A stretch of DNA of 64,000 nt, from NCBI GenBank assembly GCA_030324005.1, contig JARDVH010000124.1:37007451-37071450 (forward strand), read 5' to 3'. Below, in pieces: positions 60,968 through 64,000 of this stretch. Within the stretch, counting starts at the first letter, position 1. Each line of letters begins with the position of its first letter. The position numbers were made by a program, and so were the translations under genes. The notes under the pieces were generated by a model. It made no database searches and was not told the origin of the DNA. It saw only the letters and a program-made list of their open reading frames with translations. This DNA is from Negaprion brevirostris. Taxonomy: Eukaryota.

Positions 60968-61492
60968 AGACTTTCATTTACATTGCATCTTTGACTGCTT
61001 GACAGTGTCACAAAGAGCATTACAGCCAATGATATCAGTGTGTTGGCACTGTTTTAATGTTGGAAGCATAGCATTAACTTGCTGGCAATTAGGTTCCACA
61101 AACAACAATGCAATAAGGCATGCATACTAGAATGCAACTATCTTTGCAAAGAGCCCTGTCGAAGGGTCATCCAGACTTGAAACTTTAGCTCCATTTTCTC
61201 TTCACGGATGCTGCCAGATCTGTTGAGGTTTTCCAGCATTTTCTGTTTCTGTACCTTTTTTAGTGATGTTGATTGAAAGATAAATATTGTTGAGGGCACT
61301 GGGAGAAAATCCCCTGTTTTTCTTCAGCCCTGTCTGTCTTCAGAGATAGATAGGGCCTCCACTGAACATCTCTGCTGAGAGACAGTACCTCCTGCAATGC
61401 AGCAGGCTTTCAGTACTGCACTGGAGTGTCAGCCTAGGTTTTGTGCTCAAGTGATCTTGAACCAAATCTGATCAAGGATGAGAGAGCTATCC
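60968..61492 (-). mobile_element. Deu-SINE interrupted by a Penelope terminal repeat (about 61150-61252)
   Basis: cattacagccaatga...tccacaaacaacaatg, then ctgtcgaagggtcatccagacttgaaac...ttccagcattttctgttt, then ttagtgatgttgattga...cagtactgcactggagtgtcagcctag. Confidence 0.7.
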
Positions 61493-63399
61493 TTGAGAAC
61501 ATAGTTTCAAATGTTAACCTTCACAAACTGCTGTAATTCCAAAACATCAACAAATCTAGGATTATTGTTGAGTTGGAAGAGCTGTATTGTACATCAAACA
61601 TCCAATCCTGCAATAGAATTTGAGAGCAATTCACTCTCGGCTCATGTAAGGAAGTTTAAGTGCTCTGTTTGTGACTAATAAACTGCATTATTGATTAGTT
61701 TTAGTACTTCACATTTAAATGCTCAAACTTTGATTGTAAAAACTGTTCTATTTGAAACAACTCCCTTGAATCATAACTATTCACACGGGTTAATGTGTAC
61801 AGCCAGATAGCAGACCTACTGATTGTACATATAAGTGCGTATAATAAACATGCTCATCTCAATTTGCAGGTTACTTATATTTATGAGCGGCATACCAGAT
61901 GAAATGTGGGAATTTAAAAATTGATAACATTGCATTGACCTGTTTCCCAAGCAGAGTCATTATTCCTTCCCCTGAACTTCACATGTATCCCTAAAGTCGC
62001 AGCAGTTTCTGAATGACCTACTAATACAGGATTAGTTGATAATCATCCTCTCAAATCTTCACTGACAACTGGTTTGGAAAGACTCGTATTTTTATAGCAC
62101 CTTTTACAATCTTCCAAAGTGCTTACTTTTGAAATGCAGTCAGTCTTGTAATGTAGGAAACAGCCGTGACTATTTTTCAAACAGGTTGTGAAGTGCTTTG
62201 GTATGTTCTGAGGTTGTGAAAGGTGCTATATATACCTTCTGTCCTTCATCCATCTATCTCCCCTTCCTTTGCTCCCCTCCTTTCGGTTTCTAGCTTTTGA
62301 TTGAGAATTTAGATGTGTATAAACAGGCTGTTAAAGTGTAAATTCCACCCCTGTTGTCCAAGCCACACCAGCTGAAGCCTTGCTTAGGGCCAAGGCTTTA
62401 CATTTGATCAAAGCAGCCTTGGACCCGCATTGAAGTGAAGCATAATGCAGGAGTCAGAATAGCTGGCATTTTGTGTGAAAGGCAAGTTTAAGAGGTTGCC
62501 CAAAAAGTCCAATAAACTTGATAAATGTGACTTTGAATCATTTTCATTTTCGAGGGGAGGCCCTACACTCGTCAACTTATTTTTTGTGTAACACAAAAGT
62601 TTTAAGTAGCATCTGGAAACCAGTGGGTGGAGCTCTTGAACATACAAACACATATGTACAGAACTCCATTGTCACTGAACAGAGAGCAACAAAGGAGCTG
62701 GACTAACACAACTCTGCTGGTCCAGAAGCTATTATCTGTGGCTCAGCTGGCTCCATGTTATGAGAAGTCATGCTTGTTTGTTCTTTATTCTTTTTTGTGC
62801 AAAGTGTAATATAAAGACCACTGTTTTGCTCTTAAGAAAATGACCGTGTGGTTTGGTGTTCCTCGGTATTTGTAATGCGCTTAACGATAGTTCCATTATC
62901 ACTGCCACAATGTCAGTAGCACAGGCACACGCTTCCACCTGTGCAATGTCTCCTGAGTAGATCAGGGAGGTACTGGTTGGAATTGTCTTTAAACTTTGCA
63001 CCCAAGGCTCGCCCAATGCAATGTTTGAGTTGGCACCATCTTATTCAATCCTACGAAGAAATAAGCAGAGGCTGAATAAATACAAGAGTCTTATTCTGAT
63101 TCTGGAATCCTGCAAAGAATTCTATCACCACTTAGCATTGCTGTCCCAAGTTTCTCATCCTGCTTCAGAACTATCAATGGCACAAGTGGGGAGGTTGCCA
63201 TTTTTAGCAGTATTTAACACGCTGCAAAAGCTTTGGAGAGACATTTTGCTTCCATCAGATGGTGGTTTTTGATTACTTTGACCATATCAGTGTGTTTGTT
63301 CCACCCATACGGCCTTACCAATTTGTAATGGACATAAAGCAACATTTTTTTTATTATCACAGGGAATCCCAACAATTCCATTTTAGCTAGAAGAGGAGT

Positions 63400-63680
63400 A
63401 GATGACTCGGGAGAATGGAGAGTACAGAGCTGCAAGTTTAGGGAGAACAAACAGAAGGAGGGGGCTCATCAGAAGCTTTACCTGCCTCTCTCCAAGCAGA
63501 CAGTGTAAAGGCCCAGTGGAGCGGCAGTACCTATGGCAGCTGCACCACTGCAAGAAGGAAGCTGTCACAGAATCATGCCACTTCTAGCAACCAAGTCTGC
63601 AAGTAGCATTGCCTGCTGCAGTCAAGATCATTGTGTTCTCATTATTCAAACATCAGCTTCTTTGCTGACACCTCCCCTCC
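63400..63680 (+). mobile_element. Possible Harbinger transposase N-terminal relic
   Basis: QYLWQLHHCKKEAVTESCHF*QPSLQVALPAAVKIIV resembles the HARBI1-family pattern RlRF.Ke.v.elc.lL...L...Al....kv..aL. Confidence 0.5.
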
Positions 63681-64000
63681 CTCCCCAAGCTTTTCCCAGA
63701 CTACTACAGGGGTTGTCAGCAGCATTAGTCAGTTTGCAGCTCATGCATTAAACAGGTAATTAATACCATGTTTGGCAGACCAAACTCCTTCACCTCTTCA
63801 GCAACCAAAATCAGCAAGGCAAAGCTCTGGGGTTTACTGTGATCGAAAGATTGTCCCACATCTTGGACACCATTGGCTATGCCTGTGTCATCCTGTGAGC
63901 ACAGTAAGAAGTCTTACAACAGAGGTAGGAAGAGGCCCTTTTAATTGGGCATTTAAGTGGCTCAAGTGGCTCTGAGCCGATGGGCCGTATTCCCTTTATC

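Larger units (their letters stand above)
1..64000 (+). other. INPP5A: Window inferred to lie wholly within the INPP5A transcription unit (introns plus three exons)
   Basis: All three exons are internal. The expected upstream exon (GDFNFRLD motif) and downstream exon (PAWCDR motif) were not found by eye, so they probably lie outside the window or inside an N gap. Confidence 0.75.

Noticed and set aside
1-64000. CRISPR array, operon or other prokaryote-type system; NKX6 homeobox exon
   Set aside because: There is no regular repeat-spacer array, no long gap-free ORF and no homeobox translation. Dispersed repeats are explained by vertebrate SINEs and LINEs.

Overview
This is eukaryotic DNA, most likely from a cartilaginous fish (shark), and it is almost entirely intronic. 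Three short + strand coding exons (20506-20601, 20695-20769, 41603-41676) splice in frame into a segment I recognise from memory as INPP5A, the type I inositol 1,4,5-trisphosphate 5-phosphatase. I did not find the neighbouring exons in the window. The rest is intron, densely filled with transposable elements: about 20 HE1-like V-SINEs with two different 3' tails, Deu-SINE (SacSINE1-like) copies, CR1, L2, RTE, Rex1/Babar and Jockey/Daphne-like LINE relics, Penelope-like elements, Harbinger relics and one hAT relic. Several repeat-poor blocks look like conserved enhancers. I see no new protein-coding system, CRISPR array or RNA gene. The best leads are an apparently intact minimal hammerhead ribozyme in a Penelope repeat on the pre-mRNA strand, inverted SINEs around a 171-nt phase-0 exon pair (possible circRNA), SINE tail switching, a local duplication ending in a perfect 17-bp hairpin, and a roughly 7.5 kb transposon-depleted block. 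Repeat family names come from remembered consensus motifs, not searches, and repeat boundaries are approximate.
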